A DNA stretch of 64,000 nucleotides from Amoebophrya sp. A120 (taxonomy: Eukaryota > Protista > Dinoflagellata): NCBI GenBank assembly GCA_905178155.1, contig CAJINV010000031.1, positions 62,001-126,000 of the forward strand, written 5' to 3'. A program made the position numbers and the translations under genes. Below, one piece after another: positions 38,333 through 52,400 of this stretch. Below the pieces are notes generated by a model. It had not been told where the DNA came from. It saw only the letters and a program-made list of their open reading frames with translations, and ran no database searches. How positions within the stretch are numbered: the stretch's first letter is position 1; each line of letters begins with the position of its first letter.

Positions 38333-40408
38333 TGCTGCTAGAGGAGGTAAATAAGTAAGCGCTCATCCCGACTTTGTCTGTGTCTCCTTGACGAGCAACT
38401 TCAATAGAAAGGAACATAGTCTGTCGCCTTTGTGCAAAACGTATAGAAGAAGAAGAACTCACCAATACCAAAACGTTGTATAGAATGCTTGTTTCAGCTT
38501 GCTCTTTCACACCGAAGGTTTTTTCTAATTACGGCCTAAACCGGGATGACAGAAGGATGCAAGTCCTGCATTGCAATCATGTTTTGCTCTCTTTCTCTCT
38601 TATTAATTTGCTCTTTCATGTCACTGATGGTGGCATAATCTAACTGGATATAACCGGGATAACAGTCAGACGCGTTATTATATCGGATCCTTTGTTTTTG
38701 TTTGTTTGCGAAACCGCGTAAGTAGAAAAAGAGCTCCAAAACGTATAGAATGTTTGTCTGCTAAAATCCGTTTCGACTTCAACTTTTTTCGCGAGAATCA
38801 AATGAATCCCAGACACAAGTCTCGTTTGCCAAAATCCGTTTCGATTTCAATTTTTATTTTCGCGAGAATCATTCATGCCGCAGACACAAGTCTGCTTATC
38901 GGTCCACTCGATCTTCACGCGGCGATTGTTTGCAGGCATTTCGACCAGGCGAATCTGACCTCAGCTGTCAGCTTGATTTTAGCGCTCCAAAACATCGGAG
39001 TTATTCGCGAAGATTAACAAGCAGAAGCAACTTCTCATCATGCTCAAAAGTGACCTAGGAGCAGGATTGCTTTTTTGGACGGCCGCCGAAAGGCTCCAGT
39101 AACTGTTACAGCATCTTGTTTATGCTGCTGTTTTCTGTTGTGACCTCAGGAAGCCAGAGCAGTGGCTCCGATCATGCTGCAGGAGACGTAATAGTGTGCA
39201 ATGAGCCTGGCACAGATTCATTGGTCGTAAAAACATGCAACCAGTAAAACCCGCAGATATATATTTTGATCATTCAGATGAGTCAAAGCACTTCGCCTCT
39301 TCCGCGCTTCGATGATCGCCGCCTCGGCAGCGTCCTTGCCGCGGTCCTGCTCTATTGGTCGAGATCGTAAGTTGATCCTGGATCTAAGTACGTCTATGTC
39401 TTGTTCGAGACGACTACTGGTGGTGGCAATTTTTACTCATGCGCATCACGATCACGTCGGGCTCGGATCACCTGTTAGCATCCAGATGTTGACCGTCTTG
39501 ATCCCTAGAAGCTAATGCTCTCGTCCCGGATTCAGGTAGGGAAAGAGAAAAGAAAAGAAAGTACGTTCCTCCAGTACTGGAAGATCTTGTCGCGGCCCGT
39601 ATGAACCACAGCATCGCGTGATTCAGGCATTTCTGGCATCGCATTCGATCGTACTTACTACTACAAGAAACTACACGGAGATCGTAAGGATAGTTAACAT
39701 TTTACAGACGAGGAACAAAAACATTTATGGTAAAAATATTGAGTAGTAGGTATCATGCAATTCAATTAGTATTTTATATTTGCGATTCAAAAGTTGAATT
39801 TTTTCTACAGCGAATGCTCGAGCGCTTTAGACAATTAAGGAGCTTCCTTGCTTCCAGACGAGCTAGCCAGCAATCCTTGATGCCCTGGACTTACTTCTTG
39901 TGTTGCGACTTCTGTACAGCTTTTTTTGTGGACCATTAGCTTTGAGATGCGTATGTGAATTTCTTCTCGAAATTTATGAATATAAACCTGTATGATTTTA
40001 TTGTTGAAGCTGCTGTTTGTGTAAGATGAAGATGATGTTCACAACCAACTTTGTCCATGGAAGAATTGAGCAGTAGAAGCAGACGCAACTAATTTGCATA
40101 TCGACTGGACGTCGTCCTAGTCCCTCCTCAGGGAGAGTTCGCACCAGCTGCACAGTGCGGAGGTGCGAGCCGGGCTACAACGAACGGACGAGGTTGCTGG
40201 AAGGACTACGAACCGAGAAGCGTCGACGCACAGCTCGTTCCTGAACGCTTGCGTGCATTTTTGACGTCCCCTCCGACGCGGCGGCGTAGAGTATTAAGGC
40301 GAGGACCGGTGAACAACAACTCTGGCCGTTTGTTTTTACGTTGTCAAGGAGTACTTACTGGGCCTTGGCCCCCTAAACCGGGGCACGCCGCAGCGCGGGC
40401 AGTAGAAA

Positions 40409-43400
40409 ATGTCGTCGGATCATCGGGTTGAGCTTCCGGTACCGGTGCAGAAAAACGAGATCTTGACCGAGAATAATAAAGAACATCAACACTACCGGCG
40501 ACAAGGTTTTGCAGAAAGGTATGCCTCGGCCCACTCGCTGCTGTCTTTGCCTTCCTCGGTGGTCGAGGAAGTTCTGGTATCAAATGTAAAAATGTCTGGG
40601 TCTGGAAGATTGCCAGGTTTGTGATGCACATTTTGCATGACTCCTGATGTCTGTGATGCATGCCCTAGCATCACAGATTTTGTGAGGGCTTCCTGATGCC
40701 TATACCGCATGACAAATGCTCTTTCCGTGTAGCAAAACTTGGACTCTCTTTGCTGCTCATGCAATACAGATTTTTTTAGAATCCAAAATCAGCATGACAA
40801 GTGCCAACCTTCCAGACCCAGACATTTTTACATTTGATATCTGGACGACAGCTATGAGTATGATCCAGCACAGTTCGCGGGCGCAACTCTTCTAGAACTA
40901 GACGAGGATCATCATGGCAACAACGTCTCGACTTATAATACTCGCGAGGAGGACGGCCACGGCGCTGGTGCTGGTGGTCAGCGCCAGTCGCTTCGTCTAC
41001 CCGGCGTAGGTGCACCGAACATGGAAGCTGGCGGCTCCTCTCCCTCAACTCGAGTTTTACACTATCCCAGAGAGCATGAGAAGCAGCAGGGTTTTTGCTC
41101 GCCTCGTAGCGGAGATAGGCAAGAAATTTGTGTTTCCCCGAAAGAACAAGCTGCTGTTCTTTCGAAAGGTTCAGCCGCTGCAAATTCGCGGGATGGCTTC
41201 CTCTCCAAGCAGTCGCGGATAGTAGGATCCTCAAGCGGGGGTGTAGTAGTACACCCCTCATCTTCTGCTGCACATCAAACCGAGGTCGAGCAGGAGCAGA
41301 GGAAGAAGAAACTGTTTTCTGCTTTGAGCAGATCGCGGTCTTTGCTGCAGCTGGATTTGGATGATATCCGCGAGAGCGATATCAAATGTAAAAATGTCTG
41401 GGTCTGGAAATTTGTGATGCTGTGTGGCATATCATGAGGAGGCCACAGTTGCTGGCTCAGCATGACAAGTTTCTGAGCTTCTAGGTGTTGCCTATTCTGC
41501 ATGACAAACTACGTTTCTGCATGACAGAAAAGTGGGGCGCTTTGGTAATGTGCATGACAGATTTAAGAGTCATGCCAGACAAGCATGACAAACTTGCATT
41601 TTTCCAGACCCAGACATTTTTACATTTGATAAGCGAGGCGCGCGCACAATTCGCGCAAAAGCGCACGAGATCTTTCCAGTACAAGAGAAGCCCGAGTAGC
41701 TGCACGAGCGACGGCGGTGCTGGCGACAATTGGATGATTACATCCGGTACTATGCGCCTGCTGTCGAGCACCTCACAGCAGCAAGAGGACGGCACTTCTT
41801 GCGCCGGAGTTGTAGAGAGGAACACGTACACGACCGAAGGTGACCCGGAAGCTTGTGGCCGAGGGGATAATCTCTGCCTGATCGACGAGGAGAATCCGGC
41901 GGAGAGGACGAGCGCTGTTCTGCCCACCGGGGACGAGAAATTTTTCGTCGATGAGACGGCAAGTCTTTTACTGTCGAACACGTGGGCGGACAGCATCGAT
42001 GACAAGGTCGACCGCTCTATCCTCCGGAAAAACGTAGTCACCTCCTCGAGCTCGACATTTAGTCAAGATAGCAGTTCTGGTATGCAAGACAAAGAATTTT
42101 GGCTTCTGGTTTCGCGCACGAGGTGGCAAACTTGCTTTGGGTCTCTAGTGCAGCGTACCATAACAAGCCCATTTCTTTTTTTTGAGGACTCCACAATATA
42201 AGTAGATACAGCAGAACAAACTGTGGAACAATTCCTAATTAGCCTGAAAACATGCTCGTTATAGCGCTAGGGCGCATCAATACAAATTCGGCATGCGGAA
42301 GATTTGCATTTGCACGTCAATATGATAAACATGGGGCAGCTCTTGCTAGTACGTTTTTCCGCAGGATACGTATGGTAGAGGACTCGATGCGAGCGGATCA
42401 GTATGTCGATGGTAGGCTCCATCCTGGCAACGACCGGGCACTTGCCGGACGAGAAGAACGGCTTAACAACAGCGAAGTAAACCAGAGTGGCGGCGGCCGG
42501 TGTTCCAACAGCAGTAATCGTTGTAGCGCCGGAGCGCTGGCGCGTAGTGAGCAAGTGGATCACATTATCAAAAGGAAAAATCCCCCCTCCCCATATCAAA
42601 ACGAAGTTTCTGATGCTGGATTTGCGTACACAAATCAGACTTGTCGTGCTGAAGAGGACTGCAGGCCTATACTAGGCCTGAGTAGAGAGGTTTTCTGCTA
42701 GGCGCTACGCATGGCAAACGCGTACTCTGTAGGGCCAACAGCATCACAAACCGCCTGCAGAATGCGGCGGAGCCTGTGTAGTTTCGTTCCTGCAAGACAG
42801 AGATGATTTGAGGTCACAGATGAGCATTACAAATTTCCTGAGATGTGCCTTTTCGATATGGGGAGAGGGAATTTTTGCTTACGATACACATGACCGACTA
42901 TTTTCACGACGTGGCCGAGGAAGACGAGGAAAGCGGCAAGCGGAACAAGGGTCGTGCTGGGCCTCTGAACATGAATCAAGAGGTTCGCATTCCCAAGTCC
43001 ATCTACATGGGCCTTGCCCTGGTCCTCACGGTGGTGCTTCTCGCGTGCTTGTGCGGGGCACTGGCCGGCGGGAACCTGTTTTCGGGGGGGCGTCAGGGTG
43101 CCAACCAACAACTGCGGCCGTTCGACGTGTTCGGGAGCCCGCCGAAAGACCCCGTATCAATTGCAAAAATGTCTGGGTCTGGAAAGACCCAAGGTTTGTC
43201 ATGCTTGTCGGACATGCCTCTCAAGTCTGTCATGCACGACATTACCCAAAACCAAAAGCCCCACTTTTCTATCATGCAGAAGCCCGCTTTGTCATGCAGA
43301 AAAGCCAAGACTGTAGCACCTCCAAAACTTGTCATGCTTGCCAGTCAAATGAGGCGTCCTCGTATTTCGCAACCAGCATTACAAGTTTGCAGACCCAGGC

Positions 43401-46400
43401 ATATTTGCAATGCATACCCTGGAGGTGGTCACGACCGCGACAGTACCACGTTTCAGCCCGGGGTCGACGGTCCCGGCAGCGCGACATCTACTTCCGGGGG
43501 GCCGAAAATAAACCCACTGCCGCCCCCGGTTCCGCAAAATTACTATGATCCCACTTCGGCTCCACCAATTACAGCTCCAACTGCCCCTCCGTCTGATGTT
43601 GTTGTTGTTCCGACTCCAGGTGGACTAGCTGCTCCTACACCATCAACTGTGCCGGGTCATGGCAACATGCCGGCAAGTTCCAGCACACTAGTTGCCCCGA
43701 CGACTTCGTCGACTCCGAGGACCAGCAACACACCCGCGCTTCCATCCGCGAGTTCATCGGGAGACGAGGGAACAAATCCATCAGAACTTCTACCCAGCGT
43801 GCCAGCCGGCGGCGTAGAGGGCCACGACGGGTTGGGTAGTTCAACAGTGTCGTCCGAAGTGACAACCAGTACATCTTCACAAGTTGTACAGCAGCCTACT
43901 AGTACACCAGATTCAGGAGCTGCAGTGGTCGCGCCAGGTGGAACTACTACCTTCGCTGCAGAGCCATCGGCGTCTGGTTCGGCGCAGGGCCACGTAGTAG
44001 CAGAGGTCCCTTCGACTCACCGGGCCGAAACGCAGTCGAGCGCTGCTGTGTCGCAGCAAGGGACTACAACTTTGGACCCTACCCACGACCGTAGTGCACA
44101 TCAACCAAGCAGCTCGGAAGGTGTCACGAGGACTCAGCCACCGGCTGATGGAGCAAATGCCGACTACGGTTTTGATGCGGAAGGTAGCTTGGTCGCACCG
44201 TCCACTACGCGTCGTGTCGGAGAAGTGGAAAATTATGTGCAGAACGCGGGGCAGGAACTGCAGCGGCCTGCGCCAGCATCTAATATCGGCGCAGCTGATT
44301 ACCTAAGTTCAAGTTCTGGCGCATCCTTTTCATCTTTCTCTTTTCCCCGGGAGACGCCAGCATCGCCGCCTAATACAGGGGCACAGCACGGCAGTACAAC
44401 TCCACCGAGTCATCTCGACAGCACCAGAAGCTCCATGCCTCCACCGCCCGCCAGCTATATTCCACGCCGGCTCGCTGCTAAGGGTGATGGCGGCAGTCAC
44501 CACGACGACGATGGTTATGCCTCCACCGCCTGTCCCGCGTCCAGTGCGAGCAGCGAGTACGGAGATAACTCCGAATGCGGGGAACAGCACGACTCTCTAG
44601 CGGGGCAGCTCCACGGCGAAACAGATTCTGCAAGTGGCTCCAGCTGCTTCATGGACACGTGTTTTTTCCCGCCGCATGGGGACCCTACACCTACCGGAGC
44701 TACCACAGGGAACTACAACGGAACCAGCGCTAGCTGTAGCGGTTTCAATACCTCCTCCGGCACCGGAAGATCCTCTTCGTGCTGTTCCGCTAGTGAAGAT
44801 AACGCTTGTAGTTCCACCAGCATGATCTCATCTGGGGATAGTGAAGAAGATGACCGCCCACGACCTCTGCCGCAAAATTTGCTGCTTGGAAATTACAATG
44901 GCGGCGCTGCGTCTTATCTCCATCGCGAAGGCTATCTCGGGAATTCGTATTGGCCCACCTTCGGGGCCGCGGGCCAAAGAAGAGGGTCGCGCGAATCAGT
45001 GGACGCTGCGAAGGACACGCTGCGCTACTGGTACGAGGGGATGGTGCGCAGTTTCAACGAGATGCACGGCTACACGTCTGTGACAAACCGGCGGCCGCCC
45101 CACGTGCTCTTCGAGACAGGGGGCAAGACGGAGCTAGCGGGGGCGTACCCACTCATGAAGACACTGGCCAGGCAGGGCGTGCGAGTCACACTGCTCGCGC
45201 CTTTCGGAAAGTTCGCAAGCAGGAACTCGTCGTTGTACACAACGAAAACAACTACTTCGAAGATCGCGGGGGCTGCTCCGAAGATTGACGCCACTACATC
45301 CCGGCTGTATTCGCTAGACCCGGTTCCAAACGTTGACGCTCCGGTGCTTCCGGAGCGACTGATGCCGGAGGAAGACCGCGGGGTTGGTGAGGACTACGAA
45401 GACCCTATCACATGAGGAGAAACGGGGGTCCCACCATCCATACCTATTGGTCAAGTTGGGAACTTTGCAACACAAATCCAGAAGTCATAGGAGTTACGCA
45501 CGATAAGTTTTCGCTCTCGGTGCTGTTGTCGTGTTTTGCTAGTAGTGCAGCTGCATCACAAGAAATCGATCTTTTTATCATGATGAGAGCATCACAAGTG
45601 CTTCCCAAAAAGCATTAGAAAATGGTTCTCATGGGGAACAACCGCATGCGATGACACATATTAGAAGGCACGTAGATTTGCATATACAACTCTCGGATCA
45701 ACACGGGGACCACGTTTTTCCGCACGATAAACCCGGAGCAGGACCGAGTCGCGTGGGACTTTGGCCTGCCCGTCCACGATTGGCGGGCGCTGGAGGAGGC
45801 CGGCGTCACAGTGGTGCCGTTGAAGCCGCGGGACGTGATTCACAACTCGGGCTGGCTGTTTGCGCAGCAGGCCAAGGACAGCAAAATTCTTCGCTGGTCG
45901 CGGGACTACAAGTTCACGGAAAAGTTCATTGCGGAGTACATTCTGGGGGAAAACCCGGTGGACTTCGTGATCAGCGACTGCTACGCGGCGGGCAGCGGCG
46001 TGGCGAAAACGCTGATGGAGACTTTGCGAGTGCCCGGCAGCATCTGGTGCGGTAATTTCCACGGGGCCTGGGCGGCCCGCTGGGTGCTGGATCGCACCAT
46101 GCGCAGTTCGCCTGGCTCCAACAAGTCGCCCACGGACTTCTTTCCGACCTTTGTGCAACACTTCCTGCCGTCGGAAGTCACCAAGCAGACGGGGTCCTGC
46201 TTCCCGAAGGTACAAATCAGGAAGGAAGTAGAGGGCGCTGCAGATGAGAGCCTTCATGGTAAAAAGTCCTCGTGCAGCACTTGCAATTCTAGTTTCATAA
46301 GAGCTGGTGCATCAGATACGACGGAAGACGACTTTGATTCCGATGTTGACAGCACGACCGGAAGCTCCCTTCGGAGCTGCAGTGGTGACAGTTATTGCAG

Positions 46401-49400
46401 CAGTCTCTGTAGCACTAGCGGTGGAACAAGTTGTGGCTCTATCAACAACTCCACTGTGCTGACCACTAGTACTTCGCTAACCCCCCGGTCCGCGACACCC
46501 CTTCGGGTGGATTGCCGGATGCCGGGCCCGAACCCACACGATCGCCGCACGATTCCCAACGTGGTCATCGCGGCGCAAAGTGCGAAAGCACGGACGATAA
46601 GCATCGGAAATCCTCGCACAGAGGCCGGGCAGGAAGGTACTAAAACTTCTACACCAGAAAAAATAGCCGAACGTGATCCAGACATTTTGTGGATGCGCGA
46701 ACGGGTGGCCGCATTGGAAGCCAAACTGCTGCAAGGTCGTGCTGGGGAGACGTCCAAGAGGAGCAACGGTGAGGTTTTTAACACCACTGCACGTCGCGGC
46801 GGTTCGCGCTTGCAAAGTGAAACTATGCAGGTGAAAATTCTCTACATTGCGTTCGGGCGACAATCGTTTAACTTCCACTACCTTGCTATGGAGCACCTGT
46901 GGCGGAGTTTGCGAAACATGCCGGAAAACATCCTCTATCAAATGCAAATATGTCTGGGTCTGGAAGGATGCAAGGTCTGTCATGCACAGTTTGCATGACT
47001 GCTGACGTCTGTGATGCATGCCCTAGCATCACAGATTTTGTGAGGGCTTCGCGTTGCCTATACCGCATGATAAATGCCGTCTCGTCGTGGCAAAAACTGG
47101 AACTCCTTTGCTTTTCATGCAATACAGATTTTGTTAGGATCCGAGTGCAGCATCACAAGTTGCAACCTTCCAAACCCAGACATATTTGCATTTGATATCC
47201 TCGTCTACCTAGTTGCGCCAGACGGCATGCAGTGGAAAAATGAAGAAAGTGCGCTGCTGGGCAAGCTTGGGCGGAAACAGATCACCTCTGCTTGGGTCCA
47301 ACGGCAGTACGGCAAATGTGTTCGACTGCAGCATCGGGTTTTCGCAGGTAAACTGAAGTGGATGAAAACGAAAAGTCGTCGTCGCACCAGGAGCAGTTGG
47401 CGAAACACGGTTGCGCGCCAGCAGGCCGAAAACTATTGTGTGGGTATCTGGAAAGACGGCGTGCACGACAGAGAACTGGATGAAATTGATATCTCGCCGG
47501 AAAAAAGCCGCACCAGAAGTAGAAAGCAGAAAACTTCGTCCGCATCTTCATCCGCAGCCACGCGGCCGCGCGGCTTTGATGGTAGTACTTTATTCCGCAA
47601 GATCGAGGTGACGCTGAATGCTCCGCAGCTGAAGCTTTTCCAGACCTTCCTATCAAAATGAAAAATCCCCCCACCTCATACTCAAACTAGAAATTTGTGA
47701 TGCAGATTTGTGTCACAAATCAGCTTTGTCATGCTACTTAGAAGGGAAAGGATGCGGACTTTAGTGCTGGTTGGCGTGGGAAAGCCTTGCATCTTCAGCA
47801 TGACAGGGGGCAGCTGGAAGTGGGAAACAGCATGACAAATTGCCTGCAAACGAGGCCGCAGCTGCGTCTCTTGGCCTTCTAGCATTACATGTCGATTTGT
47901 GTACTCAAATACAGCATCACAAATTTCGTTTCCGATATGGGGACGGGGGATTTTTCCTTTTGATACTTCCCAGAGCAAGTTTTCTACGTCGCGCACGGGG
48001 GCGTGAGCGGGCTCACGGAAGCGATCGGCCTCAAGGTTCCCATCATTTGCGTGCCCATGCTGTTTATGGATTGCAAAAATGTCTGGGTCTGGAAAGATGC
48101 AAGTTTGTCATGCTTGTCTGGCATGATTCTGCATTCTGTATTGCGTGGCCACCAAGAGGCCCTCTTGCCTGTCGTGCAAAAGCGCAGTTTCTCATGCGAA
48201 ATACGCAGCACAGAAGCACAAAAATAGTTGTCATGCTTGGGGGCGCATTACAGAGCGCTTATTGTTCACGGACTTGCATCACAAGTTTCCAGACCCAGAC
48301 ATTTTTGCATTTGATGCTGTTTCCGGATCAGCCCGCGAACTGCCGGGCTGTCGAGAAAGCCGGGATCGGCCTCAACCTGAGCCAGCACGTGACGTGGAAG
48401 CTGTGGAAAAGTCGGTCCCTGGTGATGCGGCCGGGCGGCGAAGCCCTGCTGCACTGGTGGGACGAGAACGGGTGCTACGCCGGAGAGGAGGAATTCCGGG
48501 CGGACCGCAAGACGCACCCCAGGGAGGTGGTCTCCTTGGACACCGCAGTGACGTATCTGCTCGAGAAAGAGCACGCCGCACGCGTGTACGCGAAGCTGGA
48601 AGAGGTGTACGCGGCTCTGCAGAAGGAGGCAGTCGACCGGGAAGACGGGCTTGCGCCGTTCGTAACCGAACTCTTGGAGGACTTGAGCCGCGGCGTCCCG
48701 CAAGAAAAAATTGCAGCGGAGGGCGGTTTGCACTTCGCAACGGTGCCACGGTATTCCGAGATTGGTGATGATGTTCGACGCCCACGAGAACAAAAGCTAG
48801 GGGACGATGATCATCATAAAGTTGCGACAGAACTACGGGTTAGTACCCTTCTAGATGCTGCAGATGGTCGTCAACAGCATGCAGGAGATGAAGCTCTAGA
48901 TATTGAACAAGCTTCTTCGTCGTCCAGCACATTTGGTCGTGCCAACGGGGGGCGCACTAGCACCAGCCGCGGTACCGTGAGTCTGTCCCTCGACCTGGGT
49001 GGTTCGGGCTTGAAAGCTATGTTTGTTCGTGTATCCACCAAGAGAACTACTAGTACCGAGGAACCACGAGAACCGAGGACCGAGGAGCCGTCCTCTGTTA
49101 TTAGACAAGGAGAGCCCGGCGTTTTTACCACAGTCATGCAGCTGGACCCCGAACTGAAGCCAAAGTTTGAATTTCCCGAGCTGCGTTTGAGTTTGACCCC
49201 GAGCGAGCACCGACTGGGTTACGTGACGGACATCCGCGGCGAGCCGCCCACCGAGTGGTTCATGCGTCGGCTACGGCAGGAGTACGGTGCAGCGATTTAT
49301 AGTACCTTTCCACCAGGCCCAAGCCGCAGAACTACTGCAGGGCCGCCGCGCCAGGAGCTGCCCACAACCGGCATGAGTTCCGCGCCACCAGGATCTCCAC

Positions 49401-52400
49401 TACGGCCGGATGGCACGGCCCTCTTGCGTTTTGGTCTTGCTCCCGCCGACGTCGTTCCTGTGGACCTCGCCAACCTGACTTCTAGTGCGATCCACATCAG
49501 CGCCAGCTCCGGAGACAGCTACAAGCTACTTGGCCCCACCGAACAAAAAGCATCAAAACGCCTGATGGAAGCGGTTTTGATGGGTAGTGGTTCTTCATCA
49601 GGAGGAGCTGGACAACAAGAACATTTTTATCGAGAGCGCAAGAAGAGTCGAGCGTGTCCTGGGAAGCGGGAAGTTGAAATCCAACTAAGTGAAAGCGATA
49701 AAGCGGTCTGGGGACAGTACTGCCACTCGTTTGTAATCTGCGAGGAGGAAAGGCGCAATAAGACGGGCGCAACGTCGGCGACCAGCTCTCGGCAGCAACT
49801 ATACGCGGAGGAGTTCTCGCAGCATCGAAGTGGTGGAGGTGCTCCGCCCCACAAGGACGAGCTGCAGCTTCTACACGGGCGCTGCCACGAGTGGAAAACC
49901 CTGAGCCAGTATCAAATGCAAGAATGTCTGGGTCTGGAAACTTGTGATGCTGGATGGCGTCTCATGATGAGGCCACAAATGCTGGCTCAGCATGACAAGT
50001 TTCTGAGCTCCTAGGTGTTGCCTATTCTGCATGACAAACTGCCCTTCTGCATCACAGAAAAGCGGAGCTCTTGGGTAACGTGCATGACAGATTTAAGAGT
50101 CATGCCAGACAAGCATGACAAACATGAATTCTTCCAGACCCAGACATTTTTACATTTGATAGCCAGATTTTCACGGGGGTCCGGGTGTCGGCTCGCACCG
50201 ATTCCGAGGTTCACCAGACCGCGGCTGGGACCTTGCTACGCGATCTGGAGGAAATGAGGCACCCTAGCAGCCGTCCGGACTGGAGAAGCATCGACATATG
50301 AAAACAGACAACGAAACTCCCCTCTGACCTCGAAATTCGATCATGAAATATGTGTGTAGAAGGATTACGCACTGATCAAGACATTAAGCATGAATCAGCT
50401 TTTTACTAGCATTTCGCTTGCTTGTCGTGTAAACAAGCCTGAGAAGAAGCATGAACCGGGAATACAGAAGATCGGTGCAACACGTTGGAGTGCTACCGTT
50501 GACGGAGGAAAAGAAATGCTGCCTTGTATCTATACTTGTAGTAGCGATGTTGAAGCGCCGCAGGAGTAGTTATAGTCCCTGCGTTGTTCTTGAACTTGTG
50601 TCTGTGCTGTCATGTTGTTGATCAAAATCTGCCTGAGCCTGCAGATGAGGCGGAGGTGGAACAACGCTTCCATTTGATACGATGTGTCGAACTACGTGAA
50701 TGTGGCTGCGGGAACCCATCTGGCGGTGACGTTTGTGAGCGCGGGTGCGGACGGGAAGCCGGCTCCGATGGGTTACCTGGACATGGTCAAGGGGCTCGTG
50801 CACAAGAAAGCGCGCGGCCTGCATCAGAAATACTTGTCCGACCTGCTGGTGCCGCTGCCGGCCCGTATTATGAACGAAAACTCGAAGAAACAGGTGTACC
50901 GGCTGGAGGGCATGCGGTGGCTGAACGACCCCAGTATTGACTACTCGAAGCCGTTGTCGGCAGCCGCGAAGTATGCATTGCAAATATGTCTCCTGGGTCT
51001 GGAAACCTGTGATGCTGGTTTGCGAATCATAAAAGCAGCCTCCAATATGGGGACGCGCATGACAAGTTTCTAAGCGACTAGGTCTTGCGTCAAATGCATG
51101 AGAAACTGCGTTTTTGCATTACAAAAAAATAGACTGGTGGCGCAACATGCATGACAAATCCTCCTCTCCTGTCAGCAGAGCATTACAAGTCTGGTAATCT
51201 TCTTCCAGACCCACACATTTTTGCAGTGGATACGTTGCGGCAACTAGATGAGAACGAGGACCAACGCGCGTTTTTGCCGGCCGGCGTGCTACTCGGCGGC
51301 CACGGGCAGGCGGACAACCAAATTGAACCGTACGTGAGCGCCTTCGCGTGGACCAAGTTCTTGCGCGAGCAGTTGGCCCCATTGGCAAAGCAGTGGTTCA
51401 ACATCGAGCACCAGTCGACATCTTCTGCTGCTCGGAAGGAGGGCACGAAAGGACAAGAAGAGGAAACATTGTCAGGCATCACGGGAAGGAGCAGCGGTAC
51501 GAGACGGTCGGCGGAGAATGAAGCCGAGGGAGAGGACCCGCGGGACGGGAGCACTAGTCATCCACAGAAGCGGTGGGTGCAGCCGGATGAACAAGAGCAA
51601 GTCCTTGGCACGTCACACCCCGAGAATATTACTAGCACGCAGGGACAAGAAGAAGAAGTGCGGAGAACAGCAAGAGCATCTTCAAAGAGCCCCTTAATAC
51701 CCCTCGTGCTAACTGGTGGACAGGCCAGTGCGATTTTGCGCGCGGCGGGACCGTATCAAATGCAAAAATGTCTGGGTCTGGAAGATTCTGAGACTTGTCA
51801 TGCACGTTTTGCATGGGCCATGATGCCTGTGATGCATACCCTAGCAATACAGATTTTCTGAGGGCTTCTTGATGCCTATTCCGCATGACAAATGCCTTCT
51901 CAGCGTAGCAAAAACTGCATTGCCTTTGGTACTCATGCTATACAGATTTTTTTGGAATCCAAATGCAGCATCACAAGTTCGGACTCTTCCAGACCCAGAC
52001 ATATTTGCATTGCATAGACCGAAATCGAACCATGGCGATGAGACGCTCCGGTATTTGCGAGAAAAGTTCGGGATTGTGGTCTTGGCGGGCTACGATTCCT
52101 ACGTCCACTGCGGCACCAAGCAGATGGAGAACTGGACGTCGCGGTCGCCAGGTAGTTTACAACAACAGCACGACGGCTTATTTCAAAACAATACCGCCCT
52201 CGCAGTAGAAACTACGAAGCGGTCCTGTCGTGGGTTCGCACCGGAGGAAATCCGGCGACGCGCCGAGCAGTACATGCATAGTAAGGGGGAAGAGCAGGAT
52301 GATGAGTCTCCGGGAAGATCACCGCGGAAGAACAAGACGACGACAAGGAACAACGGCCCGGCAGCTCTTTATAATTCTTCCGGAAGACCAATGAGCAGGA

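Noticed and set aside
42080-42367. Family D-like right end (CGTTTTTCCGCAGGATA)
   Set aside because: No matching left end or TSD found; it can also be read as a canonical CAG acceptor.
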